DNA of 48,021 nt from Escherichia phage vB_Eco_CWW26. Positions 8,841 to 18,897 of this stretch are shown one piece after another. The position numbers were made by a program, and so were the translations under genes. Location of the stretch: sequence record PQ900155.1. One strand, 5' to 3'. Within the stretch, counting starts at the first letter, position 1; each line of letters begins with the position of its first letter. The notes under the pieces are model-generated. The model had not been told where the DNA came from, ran no database searches, and worked only from the letters and a program-made list of their open reading frames with translations.

Positions 8841-9329
8841 ATGGCTATTACTGCAACCAGCTACGGTCTGAATCACGACGCAGCCTTTACCGGGATGGTC
8901 GCCGACGGACAAGTAGCGAATATCGTTTCCAAAATCAACGATGACACCGCAACCGTCGCATATGGTAAAGGTGTTGTACGTAGCGGCGAGAAAGGCTTTA
9001 AGGCTGCAACTGCCAGCTCCACAGCTACTGACTTCGTGGGCGTACTGGTTCGTGAACTGAACCGCTCATACGCTGACGGTGCAACTTTTGGTGCTCCGGT
9101 TGATCGTCCGGCATCTGTGCTCACTGCTGGCGTAATCTGGGTAACCGTGGCAGAGGCTGTTGCTGTTGGTGACGCTGCATTCCTGCGTGTTGGTGCGACT
9201 CAGACCGGCGATTTCGCTAAGACAGAGGGTTCCGCAGCAACTCTGTCGGTTGCCATTCCTGGCGCTAAATTCCTCACTGCCGCGACAGCCGGTGGTCTGG
9301 CTAAACTGTCTCTGGTTGTTGGGGGTTAA
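8841..9329 (+). CDS. capsid-associated structural protein (putative decoration or minor capsid)
   Basis: 162-aa Ala/Gly/Val-rich ORF immediately upstream of the major capsid gene; position-based. Confidence 0.35.
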   Translation: MAITATSYGLNHDAAFTGMVADGQVANIVSKINDDTATVAYGKGVVRSGEKGFKAATASSTATDFVGVLVRELNRSYADGATFGAPVDRPASVLTAGVIWVTVAEAVAVGDAAFLRVGATQTGDFAKTEGSAATLSVAIPGAKFLTAATAGGLAKLSLVVGG

Positions 9330-9331
9330 TA

Positions 9332-10366
9332 ATGGATAAGTTAAACAGCGTTGTACTTGACGCACAGACTATCGCGGGTAACCCGTGGGTTAAACAGTAT
9401 CTGGATGGTCAGAATGCTATCAACGTTCCGACTGAATTCCGTGATGCTGACGGCGGTATCGCATTCTACATCTCTCAGCTGGCACAGATTGAGCAGACCA
9501 TCTATGCAACTCCGTATGCGGATATCACTTATCTGCAGGACATCCCGGTTGTATCCGGCATTCCTGAGTTTGCGAACCACTGGAACTACCGGTCATATGA
9601 TGGCGTCACGGTCGGGAAATTCATCGGCGCAAACGCTATGGACCTGCCTCGCGTTGCCCAGTCTGCAAAACTCCACACTGTACCGCTGAACTACGGCGGC
9701 ATCGAGTGTCACTACAGCATCGACGAGCTGCGCACCACTGCGTCTCAGAACATGCCGATTGACACCATGCAGCAGCAGCTGGCATATCGTGGCTATGAAG
9801 AACACAGTCAGAAAGTGGCGTACTTCGGCGACTCACAGCTGGGAATGTCCGGCCTCCTGAATCATCCCAACGTGACAGTTACATCAGCCACTGTCGACTA
9901 TAAAACCGCCACCGGTCAGCAGCTGTTCGACATGATCAACGACCCGTTGTTCAACATCATCAAACTGTCCAAAAACTTCCACCTGCCGAATACCATCCGC
10001 GTATTCCCGGACCTGTGGAAACGCATGAACAGCACGCTGATGACCGGGTATACTGACCGCACCGTTATGGAGCATTTCAAAATCAATAACTCCTTCACCC
10101 TGATGACCGGGCAGGAAATTGATATTCAGGTTCGTTACCAGCTGACCGCTGCGGAACTGGCTGCGGGCGGCGTGTCCAACAGTTCGAAAGACCGCGTGCT
10201 CATTTACGAGAAGAACGACCGCAACCTGGGTGTTGCCAAGCCGATTCCGTTCCGCATGCTGGCGCCGCAGAATAAAGGTCTGGCCGTAACTGTACCGGCA
10301 GAGTATAAGATTTCAGGCACTGAAATTCGCTACCCTCTGAGTGCAATCTACCTCGACATGCTGTAA
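9332..10366 (+). CDS. major capsid protein (putative)
   Basis: 344-aa ORF followed by a strong terminator; position after scaffold; size typical of HK97-fold capsid proteins. Confidence 0.6.
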   Translation: MDKLNSVVLDAQTIAGNPWVKQYLDGQNAINVPTEFRDADGGIAFYISQLAQIEQTIYATPYADITYLQDIPVVSGIPEFANHWNYRSYDGVTVGKFIGANAMDLPRVAQSAKLHTVPLNYGGIECHYSIDELRTTASQNMPIDTMQQQLAYRGYEEHSQKVAYFGDSQLGMSGLLNHPNVTVTSATVDYKTATGQQLFDMINDPLFNIIKLSKNFHLPNTIRVFPDLWKRMNSTLMTGYTDRTVMEHFKINNSFTLMTGQEIDIQVRYQLTAAELAAGGVSNSSKDRVLIYEKNDRNLGVAKPIPFRMLAPQNKGLAVTVPAEYKISGTEIRYPLSAIYLDML

Positions 10367-10388
10367 TACCTACCCTCAGCGACATCCC

Positions 10389-10416
10389 AAGCCCTCTTCG
10401 GAGGGCTTTTCTTTTG
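10389..10416 (+). terminator. rho-independent terminator after capsid gene
   Basis: GCCCTC-TTCG-GAGGGC followed by TTTTCTTTT. Confidence 0.7.
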
Positions 10417-10462
10417 CCTCCTCTTTGGTTATAGTTAACACCATCTCAAGAGGAGCAATTCC

Positions 10463-12043
10463 ATGTTTATAGAAAAAGCAAAAGAAATACATAAAGGAAA
10501 ATATGACTATTCCAAAGTGGAATATGTAAACAACAAAACACCTGTGACGATAGTTTGCCCGGTGCATGGCGATTTCGTTCAACTACCACAGGGACACCTG
10601 AAATGCGAAATAGCGTGCCCAAAATGCAGAATCGACGACGTTTATGACCGAATGATACAACAGGCGCGAGCGATTCATGGTGACAAGTACTCATACGTCC
10701 GGGAATCGTTCATTTCCGTAGTCAAGAAAATGTCCATAGTGTGTCCGGTACACGGGGTGTATTACATGACACTGAATAACCACGTTCACGGGGGTGCGGA
10801 GTGTAAACCCTGCGCACTGGCAAAGCGTGGTGAGTTACACCGAAAGACACTTGATAGTTTTGTAGAAGACGCGAAAAAAGTTCATGGTGACAGGTACGAT
10901 TATTCCAAAGTTGTTTACGAGGGTAACAAAAAGAAAATAACCATCACTTGTGCAAAACATGGTGACTTTAAACAGGAACCATCTTCACATCTTTCAGGAA
11001 GAGGTTGTCCAAAATGCGGCCTTGAGTCAAGAGTAAGCAAAAGCATGAGTACTCTTGAAAGATTCATTCGCAAAAGCAGAGTCATACATGGTGATAAATA
11101 CGATTATTCCAAAGCGGTGTATAAAGGTAGTGACCAAAAATTAACCATAATTTGTCCGGTACATGGTGAATTTTCCCAATACGCAAACAACCACTCTACT
11201 CTTGGCCATCAATGCCCGACGTGTTCTAAAGCTGGTGTGTCCCGGGGTGAATTTGAAGTCTTCAACTTCGTCCGTTCCATCTGTCCCGATGCGGTACAAT
11301 CTGACCGTACAGTCATTGGACCGCTGGAACTTGATGTTGTAGTGCCGTCGCGCAATCTGGCAATTGAATTTAACGGCCTGTACTGGCACGATGAACGCAC
11401 GAAAAACAAGAAGTATCACATCACCAAGCGTCACCGCGTGGAAGCCGCAGGATACCGTCTGATAAGTATCCGTGAGGATGTCTGGAATGAGCGCCGCGAA
11501 CAGGTGGAAAGTATCATTCGCAACGCACTCGGCGTGACATCCGACAAAGTGTTTGCCCGCAAATGTAATATCGTGGAAGTTTCGACGTCTGAAGCGAAGG
11601 TATTTATGGAGAAACACCACGTGCAGGGTTTCCGGGGTGCGACCGTACATTATGGTCTGCAACACGATGATACATTAGTCGCCGTAATCAGTCTGACAAA
11701 CTGGCAGAAAAAGAATGAGTGGGAACTGGTACGATATGCAACCGCGTGTAATGTTCCGGGTGGACTGTCCCGCCTGTGGAAACATGCTACCACGGTTAAC
11801 AACATTGTCCGTGCCTATTCATACGTTGACCGGGATTTGTTCAGTGGTTCCGGTTATATTAATGCCGGTTTCACACTTTCAACCACGACAGTGGGGTTCA
11901 GGATTGTAAATGGTTGCACAACCGAATCGCGTGAGAAGTGGAACCGCGCACCAGATGAAATGACACAGACGCAATGGTACGAATCAGAAGGTGTATCACG
12001 CATCTACGATTCTGGACAGGACAAGCTGTTATGGGTAGAATGA
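10463..12043 (+). CDS. free-standing homing-endonuclease-like protein (4 zinc-ribbon repeats + Vsr/PD-(D/E)xK-like C-terminal domain)
   Basis: Four repeats of HGDKYDYSKV...CP.HG.F...H..G..CPKC; C-terminal LDVVVPSRNLAIEFNGLYWHDE; AT-rich codon usage; AAGAGGAG SD; inserted between capsid terminator and next structural gene. Confidence 0.55.
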   Translation: MFIEKAKEIHKGKYDYSKVEYVNNKTPVTIVCPVHGDFVQLPQGHLKCEIACPKCRIDDVYDRMIQQARAIHGDKYSYVRESFISVVKKMSIVCPVHGVYYMTLNNHVHGGAECKPCALAKRGELHRKTLDSFVEDAKKVHGDRYDYSKVVYEGNKKKITITCAKHGDFKQEPSSHLSGRGCPKCGLESRVSKSMSTLERFIRKSRVIHGDKYDYSKAVYKGSDQKLTIICPVHGEFSQYANNHSTLGHQCPTCSKAGVSRGEFEVFNFVRSICPDAVQSDRTVIGPLELDVVVPSRNLAIEFNGLYWHDERTKNKKYHITKRHRVEAAGYRLISIREDVWNERREQVESIIRNALGVTSDKVFARKCNIVEVSTSEAKVFMEKHHVQGFRGATVHYGLQHDDTLVAVISLTNWQKKNEWELVRYATACNVPGGLSRLWKHATTVNNIVRAYSYVDRDLFSGSGYINAGFTLSTTTVGFRIVNGCTTESREKWNRAPDEMTQTQWYESEGVSRIYDSGQDKLLWVE

Positions 12044-12075
12044 CAACGGGTAAGTATTGCAACTAAAGGTGATTT

Positions 12076-12393
12076 ATGGTTACTGTAAAAAATATTTCCG
12101 CTCGTCCGTTCATGATGCCGGGCGAAGAAGACGTGATGGAACGTATGCTGGCACCGGGTGATTCGAAAGAATTCGAAGTTACTCCGGCAATTTACAGCCT
12201 GGTCAGCGCATATCAGGAAGCAGGTGAACTGGTTGTCATTTCGGGCGAACTGAAGAACCCTGAATCGGACGTCGAGGATGTGACCATCGACAAACTTCGT
12301 GCGGAAGCCGAAGAACTGGGTATCAAAGTTGATACACGCTGGAAGAAGTCACGACTTCAGCAAGAGATTGAGGCAGCAAAAGCCGCCTCTTAA
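12076..12393 (+). CDS. hypothetical structural-module protein with HeH/Rho-N-like C-terminus
   Basis: ORF track; acidic; C-terminal LRAEAEELGIKVDTRWKKSRLQQEIE. Confidence 0.4.
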   Translation: MVTVKNISARPFMMPGEEDVMERMLAPGDSKEFEVTPAIYSLVSAYQEAGELVVISGELKNPESDVEDVTIDKLRAEAEELGIKVDTRWKKSRLQQEIEAAKAAS

Positions 12394-12411
12394 TTAACAT
12401 AGGGGTGTGAA

Positions 12412-12992
12412 ATGGCTTTCCCGTCAAATGTAATTCCACCCTCACAACAGCCCCTGTCTGAACTCCTGGATATCTGGGAGAGACAGGGGTATGTTTTTGA
12501 GGCTTCCACTGTTACCAGCGTTGCTGCGGGTGCATCGAATAAAACTATCTTCGTCGCCGGGTCACGTCCGGTAATCCTCTTTGACCGTCAGTTGTCATAC
12601 GATGGTGTCGGGGTGAACGCCGCAATCTTTCGCGCGCCCACGTACACCGGTGGCACACTTGTTACTGAAATCAACAATGCCAATGACATCATTACACAGA
12701 CCAATACGGCCAATATCTACAGTGGTGCGACGGTGACAGCAGACGGTATCCAGACTCGTTCGGTTCGTTATATTTTCGGCACCACAAGTAACCAGGGCGC
12801 GGGTGACGCATTACGTGCAATCCAAAGTCCACAATTGCTTTTACCCGGCGCAGTGCTTAATCTGGTACTGACGAATCGTGACACCAACGCGGCGCAGAAC
12901 ATCGCATCACATTTGCGCTGGGCCGAACCACCAACAATTCCGGGACTGGTCATTCAGAATGGTCAGTTTGTAAGCTATAACGGGGTCAATCT

Positions 12993-12996
<4 letters not shown>
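12412..12996 (+). CDS. hypothetical head-tail module protein (194 aa)
   Basis: ORF track; rightward operon between capsid and tail genes. Confidence 0.45.
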
Positions 12997-13769
<773 letters not shown>

Positions 13770-13770
<1 letters not shown>

Positions 13771-13790
13771 GCCCCTCACGGGGCTTTGTA
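13770..13790 (+). terminator. hairpin terminator (weak T-tract)
   Basis: AGCCCC-TCAC-GGGGCT then TTGTAAG, between convergent genes. Confidence 0.4.
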
Positions 13791-13865
13791 AGACATGAAT
13801 GCTTTCATGAATTCCGCTGCACCTTTGTCCCATTCGTTACAATGGTTAACCATCCGTATCGTGAG

Positions 13866-14315
13866 TTAACTTCCGGTACTCCCAAAACCACCCTGACGGT
13901 TAGTTTTCTGTTGGGGAGGTTCATTGATTTCATTAAACGTCACTTGTTCGACTGGAATTAGCATCCCCTGTGCGATCCGGTCACCGTGATTAACCCAGAA
14001 CACACCTTCATGATGGTTAACATCCTGCGTCAACTTAACCATTAACTCACCAGTGTAGTCACTGTCAATGACGCCGGTACAATTTGACAGACGGACATCG
14101 CTGTTAAATCCGTGACCACTGCGTGAGTAAATCATCAAAGCATGTCCAACTGGTATATCAAATTTAAGCCCTGTAGGAATGATTACAGGCTCACCGTTGT
14201 GAATTAGCACTGGTTTATCGAGTGCAGCATAAATATCGAAGCACGCGCTTCCTGACGTTGCATACGTTGGGATACGTGCACCAGGACGTGACAGGTAAAC
14301 ATTCATTTCGCTCAT
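13866..14315 (-). CDS. dut: dUTPase (dUTP pyrophosphatase)
   Basis: Motifs PTYATSGSA, YSRSG, GVIDSDYTGEL, GDRIAQ, GGFGSTG. ATG at 14315 with GGAGAG SD gives a typical ~149 aa; the ORF track extends to 14414. Confidence 0.85.
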   Translation of the reverse strand: MSEMNVYLSRPGARIPTYATSGSACFDIYAALDKPVLIHNGEPVIIPTGLKFDIPVGHALMIYSRSGHGFNSDVRLSNCTGVIDSDYTGELMVKLTQDVNHHEGVFWVNHGDRIAQGMLIPVEQVTFNEINEPPQQKTNRQGGFGSTGS

Positions 14316-14394
14316 TTCTTCAACTCTCCAGCCATATTGTGCGCGGTTAAGCGCGATAAATTTATCTTTCGTTGTAAATAAAACTGTTCCGGAC

Positions 14395-14793
14395 TTATGC
14401 ATTACTACCCACATATTTAATCACCATGTATCCTGGTCTGGCGGAAAGTGAGACCTTGTGTCCATATATCCACGCGGTTTTATATACGTATGTCAACTGT
14501 GCGGTGCGCAATTTAATGTCAGAATATGTAGCTTTCGTTCTCCATTCCCATGTAAATTTATCGCCTGGTTTTGCTCTTTCAAGGGCGTCAAGAAGGATGA
14601 TGCGCTCATACGACCTTACTCCACGTGATACGCGTCTCCGGGTTTTGGGCTTCCCTCGTGCCAGACTTCGACCATCTGGTTTTCCACTTTTTGTGATTCG
14701 TATCAGTCTCTGTGATGGCTGTGCGACATCTCGAGGGACACTCTCTTCTGGAACAGAATTTATTTTTTTTAAAATATAAGATGCAAATGACAC
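14395..14793 (-). CDS. hypothetical basic protein
   Basis: GTG at 14793 with AGGAG SD; the ORF-track start at 14856 lies inside the promoter and repeat, so a shorter product is preferred. Confidence 0.4.
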   Translation of the reverse strand: MSFASYILKKINSVPEESVPRDVAQPSQRLIRITKSGKPDGRSLARGKPKTRRRVSRGVRSYERIILLDALERAKPGDKFTWEWRTKATYSDIKLRTAQLTYVYKTAWIYGHKVSLSARPGYMVIKYVGSNA

Positions 14794-14824
14794 TGTGTTA
14801 CTCCTCTCTGTAATTTGTAAAACG

Positions 14825-14853
14825 AGTATATCAATGATTGACGTACTCGTCAA
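14825..14853 (-). promoter_or_regulatory. sigma70-like promoter, palindromic -35 (leftward)
   Basis: Minus strand TTGACG-agtacgtcaatcattga-TATACT (17-bp spacer); palindrome TTGACGTACTCGTCAA 14838-14853 straddles the repeat boundary. Confidence 0.6.
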
Positions 14854-15143
14854 CACCTCATTTTACCCCGAAATACCCGAGCTATCGGGGTGGTGAATTT
14901 ACATTCACAATCATAGGTTTACGCGCATAACCGAAAACCCCGTACATTCTTCCCTTCTTCCTTCTTATAAACCTTATAAACTATACATTATGTATTATAC
15001 TACATTTATACTATATATTATATACTTTCTATTACTACTAATTACTATTTTATAAGGGTATAAGGGTAATAAGTAGTATAGTACTGAAAGGTAAAGAGTT
15101 TTTGATACCCCGATGAAGTACCCCGAACGACTTTCAACGGGGT
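14844..15143. repeat. 300-bp direct repeat, copy B
   Basis: Matches 1-300 by eye; flanks diverge immediately outside. Confidence 0.9.
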
Positions 15144-15198
15144 GTGTGGATACTGACGCAATGCTGTGTGATAATGTCTTGACAAACGAGGGCACACT

Positions 15199-15702
15199 AT
15201 GTCAGTCAACATTACAGAATTGCAAAAGGCTAAAGGCATCATACGCGACAGGCTCGGGAGATTTGTTAAAGCCAGTAATCGTGTGATCACTGTTGGGATA
15301 CATGAGGACGCGGGTGAACATCCTGACTCCAGTATGACAAATGCCCAGCTTGGTGCATTGCTGAATTACGGTAACCCGAATAACAAATTGTACGGTAATC
15401 CTGCACCTATTCCGCCGCGCCCCTGGCTGATACCCGGTGTGGAAAGTGGTAAACAGGACATCATCGACACCATCGCTCACGGTGTAGCCAATGATTTACC
15501 GCTTGACCAGGTTCTGGAACAAGTGGGCGAGTTTGCAGCTGGTGCCGTTCAGCAATACATGACCGATTTACAGCAACCCCCAAACAGTCCCTACACTATT
15601 GCTCAGAAGGGTTCCAGTAATCCACTTATCGATACTGGTGCTTTACGTGCAAGCGTGACGTATAAGGTCAGCAACGAAAAACCTGATGAGGGTATCTTAT
15701 GA
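15199..15702 (+). CDS. head-tail joining / virion morphogenesis protein (HK97 gp10-like, putative)
   Basis: C-terminal IDTGALRASVTYKV motif; first rightward gene after repeat copy B. Confidence 0.4.
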   Translation: MSVNITELQKAKGIIRDRLGRFVKASNRVITVGIHEDAGEHPDSSMTNAQLGALLNYGNPNNKLYGNPAPIPPRPWLIPGVESGKQDIIDTIAHGVANDLPLDQVLEQVGEFAAGAVQQYMTDLQQPPNSPYTIAQKGSSNPLIDTGALRASVTYKVSNEKPDEGIL

Positions 15703-16052
15703 GTCTGTCAATGCGTGGTCATATTGACAACGTGTTTAAATCTGTACCGGCGACACATGTGGGTAAATCTGGCTCATACGTGGACGGTATCTGGACACCC
15801 GTGACATCCGGACCGGTTGCGTTCACGGTGAACATTCAACCACTGAGCGACAAGGAAATTGATTTTCTGCGTCAGGGCGGTCAGCGCATCGTTGACCCGC
15901 GTAAGATATACGTTAACAATGGTGACCTCGACTCAATCGCGCTCGATGGTGAATGGGTATTCCTGGGTCAGCGCTGGAAAGTCATTCGCACTGACAATCG
16001 CCCGTGGCGTAAATACTGTAAGGTAATTGTGGACCGCTATGACCAACAATGA
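15699..16052 (+). CDS. hypothetical tail-module protein (117 aa)
   Basis: ORF track; ATGA overlap with upstream gene. Confidence 0.45.
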   Translation: MSLSMRGHIDNVFKSVPATHVGKSGSYVDGIWTPVTSGPVAFTVNIQPLSDKEIDFLRQGGQRIVDPRKIYVNNGDLDSIALDGEWVFLGQRWKVIRTDNRPWRKYCKVIVDRYDQQ

Positions 16053-16563
16053 AATCTTTGCAGCTCTCAGGCCGCATATACTCAACGTGACGGGTGTCAG
16101 CGAGTGTATCCTTGCCGACCCCAACGGACCGTCTCCGGACGGCCCCTACGCGTCTGTACGCCCACGTCAGAGCATCCGTGAACGCGGTCAGGCGAACATC
16201 ATCATGACCGACGGCGCAAATGACACCATCGTGTACGAAATTCGTGCGCAGATTGTCGCATCCTGTGAAATTAATTTCTTCCGCGGTGAAGCAATGCAGT
16301 ACGCTGAAATGCTGAAGGAATGTCACAAGCGCCCGGACGTGTGCTGGTCCCTGTGGCAAAAGGGGATTGGCTGGGGTGGGACTGAACCAGTTAATAACCT
16401 GACAGCGCTACAGGCGAGCAACTTTGAACAGCGTGCACAAATCATCGTTAAACTACTTTACGAAGCGGTAAATACGGTGACAGTAAATAATATTCTGCAC
16501 GCTCCGGTTAATGTGTGGGACGAGTACAACAGAGTATTACTTTCTGATGAAATTTCGATATAA
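16039..16563 (+). CDS. hypothetical tail-module protein (174 aa)
   Basis: ATG at 16039 within ORF-track frame 16027..16563. Confidence 0.4.
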   Translation: MTNNEIFAALRPHILNVTGVSECILADPNGPSPDGPYASVRPRQSIRERGQANIIMTDGANDTIVYEIRAQIVASCEINFFRGEAMQYAEMLKECHKRPDVCWSLWQKGIGWGGTEPVNNLTALQASNFEQRAQIIVKLLYEAVNTVTVNNILHAPVNVWDEYNRVLLSDEISI

Positions 16564-16603
16564 TGGTCAACGTGTGCACACTGTAACTTACGAGGACTCG
16601 TAA

Positions 16604-17740
16604 ATGTCTTTTCCAGTTGAACAAATCATCCCAATCACGACCCGGATTTCTCCGGCGGGGTTAGGTACGGCAAACTTCGCTTCCGCGATGTTGTTTGCTA
16701 AAAACTCCGAACTCCCGAGCAGTTTCACCAAAGACACTGTTCGTACCTACTATTCCACCTCTTCTCTCGCCGCTGACTTTGCCCCTACGACTGAGACGTA
16801 CAAGGCTGGTGCCAAGTTCCTCGGCTCCACCCCCGCTGTACCGAAACTTACCGTGTGGGCTACCGCTGACGATGATGCCGATATCAAAGCAACGCTGACC
16901 AAAGCATTTGACAAGCATTACTGGTACTGGACACTTTTCACCAAAGACGTGCTGGCAACAGAGGCAAACGTATTGTCGATCGCATCCTGGTGTGAAGAGA
17001 ACAGCATCATGTTCCCGAACAGTCAGACTGGTGAGGCTGTGGTTAAAATTCGCAACCCTGACGCCAGCGATGACATCTGTTCACAGCTGAACACGCTGGG
17101 CTATCGTCACGCGTTTACCGTCGCTCACGCAACTGACCCATATGCGGCTTATGCGCTTATCAAGCATTCTGCTTCAGTCAATTACAGTGCTGACAACAGT
17201 ACCATTGATACCGAGTTCAAGAAATCTCCTGGTGTTGCTGCTGAAGACCTGTCCGACACCGAACAGAACGCGATGGTTGCCAAACGCTGCGCATTCTACA
17301 GTGTGCTCGACCTGCAAGGTAGCGCTGACAGTGGTCGCTGGTTACAGACGTGGTCGCACAGCACCTACGGTGAGTCTATTTCCGATATCGTCGATTTGGA
17401 TGCATTTGTGAACTCTCTGCGTGTGGAACTATACAACACCATCGTTAACCAGACCACCAAACTTCCGCAGACTCCTGTCGGTCAGGAAGCGCTCATTGGC
17501 GCCGCCAAACGTGTCGGTAAACAGTACATCCGTAACCGTTATCTCGGCCCGCGCAATTACACCAGTCCTGACACTGGTCTGGAAGCGTACACCGATGGCT
17601 TCGAAGTGCTGACTAAAGCGACGGATATTCTCGACTTGTCCGATTCTGACCGCGCGGCACGCAAGTCTGCACCGATTAACATGCGTGTGTTCAAAGCCGG
17701 CAGTATTCGCATCTGTGATGTCACCGTAGACGTTTATTAA
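16604..17740 (+). CDS. tail sheath-like protein (DUF3383-like, putative)
   Basis: 378-aa ORF followed by a 138-aa ORF, the sheath/tube arrangement; family from memory only. Confidence 0.45.
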   Translation: MSFPVEQIIPITTRISPAGLGTANFASAMLFAKNSELPSSFTKDTVRTYYSTSSLAADFAPTTETYKAGAKFLGSTPAVPKLTVWATADDDADIKATLTKAFDKHYWYWTLFTKDVLATEANVLSIASWCEENSIMFPNSQTGEAVVKIRNPDASDDICSQLNTLGYRHAFTVAHATDPYAAYALIKHSASVNYSADNSTIDTEFKKSPGVAAEDLSDTEQNAMVAKRCAFYSVLDLQGSADSGRWLQTWSHSTYGESISDIVDLDAFVNSLRVELYNTIVNQTTKLPQTPVGQEALIGAAKRVGKQYIRNRYLGPRNYTSPDTGLEAYTDGFEVLTKATDILDLSDSDRAARKSAPINMRVFKAGSIRICDVTVDVY

Positions 17741-17753
17741 TGGAGAATGACCG

Positions 17754-18170
17754 ATGTCATTAGAAAACTTTTCCACAAGTAACACGGTCATTACTATAAA
17801 TGGCCGAATCATTACTGATTTCGGGGAGTCTGACCCGCCGTACACTGACGAGCCGATTGACGCATCCACTGCGTTACGTCGTGGTCTCGGCGGTAACGCT
17901 ATTCGTCTGGACCGTATCAACCCGGGTCGTCGTGTCACGCTGAACCTCAACCCCGGCTCGGCTGACTCCGCGTATATTAACGGGCTGTTTCTGAGCAAGG
18001 CTAACATCGAGTTGACCTATACTCAGATTGGCACACTTGACGCCGCTGTTGGTGCAGAAGGTGTGATTGTGAACGATGGTCCGCGTGGGCGTGGTGGTCA
18101 GACAATTACCGATGACCAGTGGATTTTTGAGTTCAATTCATGGACTGCGTCAAAGGGTCCGGCAAGCTAA
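17754..18170 (+). CDS. tail tube-like protein (putative)
   Basis: 138-aa ORF after the sheath-like gene, followed by a bidirectional terminator. Confidence 0.45.
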   Translation: MSLENFSTSNTVITINGRIITDFGESDPPYTDEPIDASTALRRGLGGNAIRLDRINPGRRVTLNLNPGSADSAYINGLFLSKANIELTYTQIGTLDAAVGAEGVIVNDGPRGRGGQTITDDQWIFEFNSWTASKGPAS

Positions 18171-18174
18171 ACAA

Positions 18175-18194
18175 AAGGGGCCTGATGGCCCCTT
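18175..18194. terminator. bidirectional rho-independent terminator
   Basis: AAGGGGCC-TGAT-GGCCCCTT between convergent genes; T-rich on both sides. Confidence 0.65.
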
Positions 18195-18196
18195 AG

Positions 18197-18532
18197 TTAT
18201 TTCTGGTTGAGCATGGCGGTGCGGTAGGATTCATCCTCACCAAATATAGCCGCCTCCAGTACATCAATGGCTTGCGATGGTGAGTGTGAATATTTATCGA
18301 AGGTCGGACCTTTGATGAACTGTGCGATTTTGAACAGTCGTTTTTCTTGCGCGTGATACAAATCACTTAGTTTCTTATATCTCTCATCGGACTCACTATC
18401 CATCGTCGCCAGGAGCATTTTATACACCTGAAGATTGTATTCACCGTTCATCGATAGCTGACCTTGCTCATCTTTTATTTTGTACAGTCGGTCGATTTGT
18501 GTAATCAGGTTTTCTTTTGTCACTCTTCTCAT
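18197..18532 (-). CDS. hypothetical protein (111 aa)
   Basis: ORF track; second gene of a leftward two-gene cassette in the tail module. Confidence 0.45.
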   Translation of the reverse strand: MRRVTKENLITQIDRLYKIKDEQGQLSMNGEYNLQVYKMLLATMDSESDERYKKLSDLYHAQEKRLFKIAQFIKGPTFDKYSHSPSQAIDVLEAAIFGEDESYRTAMLNQK

Positions 18533-18777
18533 TTTCTTTTACTCCGAATGTGAAAGTCTGCTTTATCCATCATATCTTTACGCCAGCAAACGCCGGTACC
18601 CATATACGCCGGGTCGTCACTTTCCGCATAACCAAATTCATTTTCATGATACGTGCAAATCGTGTCGGTCTGTCCGTCATAAATCTGGAACTGATCACCT
18701 TGTGCAGCGTGGGCACCGCTGCAGTAAATTGTCGCAGCCATGATGACTGCTAACTGAATTTTAAATTTGTGAATCAT
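18529..18777 (-). CDS. small secreted protein with signal peptide
   Basis: MIHKFKIQLAVIMAATIYCSGAHA then mature part with 3 Cys; ATG at 18777 with AGGAGA SD. The ORF-track TTG at 18837 is the promoter -35. Confidence 0.5.
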   Translation of the reverse strand: MIHKFKIQLAVIMAATIYCSGAHAAQGDQFQIYDGQTDTICTYHENEFGYAESDDPAYMGTGVCWRKDMMDKADFHIRSKRK

Positions 18778-18808
18778 TTCTCTACTCTCCTGTTGTTCTG
18801 CTGAGGTA

Positions 18809-18837
18809 ACTATAACCCACCTTGACGAGTCCGTCAA
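18809..18837 (-). promoter_or_regulatory. sigma70-like promoter, palindromic -35 (leftward)
   Basis: Minus strand TTGACG-gactcgtcaaggtgggt-TATAGT; palindrome TTGACGAGTCCGTCAA 18822-18837. Confidence 0.6.
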
Positions 18838-18897
18838 TAATTGATTGATGATTTCGTCAGGGGTACACTGTAACGACTAACAACCGGAGAAATAAGA

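Noticed and set aside
11141-11665. Long antisense ORFs inside confident genes (e.g. 11141..11665, 17429..18007, 27318..27781, 43866..44339, 32372..32818)
   Set aside because: Each is fully embedded opposite a well-supported CDS and lacks a start context; typical shadow ORFs.
13866-14414. dUTPase with a ~33-aa N-terminal extension as given by the ORF track
   Set aside because: An internal ATG at 14315 has a good GGAGAG SD and yields a canonical ~149-aa dUTPase; the extension is probably untranslated, though not excluded.
16585-16603. Palindrome TTACGAGGACTCGTAA just upstream of the sheath-like gene as another regulated promoter
   Set aside because: It overlaps the GAGGA Shine-Dalgarno 8 nt before the ATG and has no -10 at the right spacing; more likely RBS-region secondary structure.
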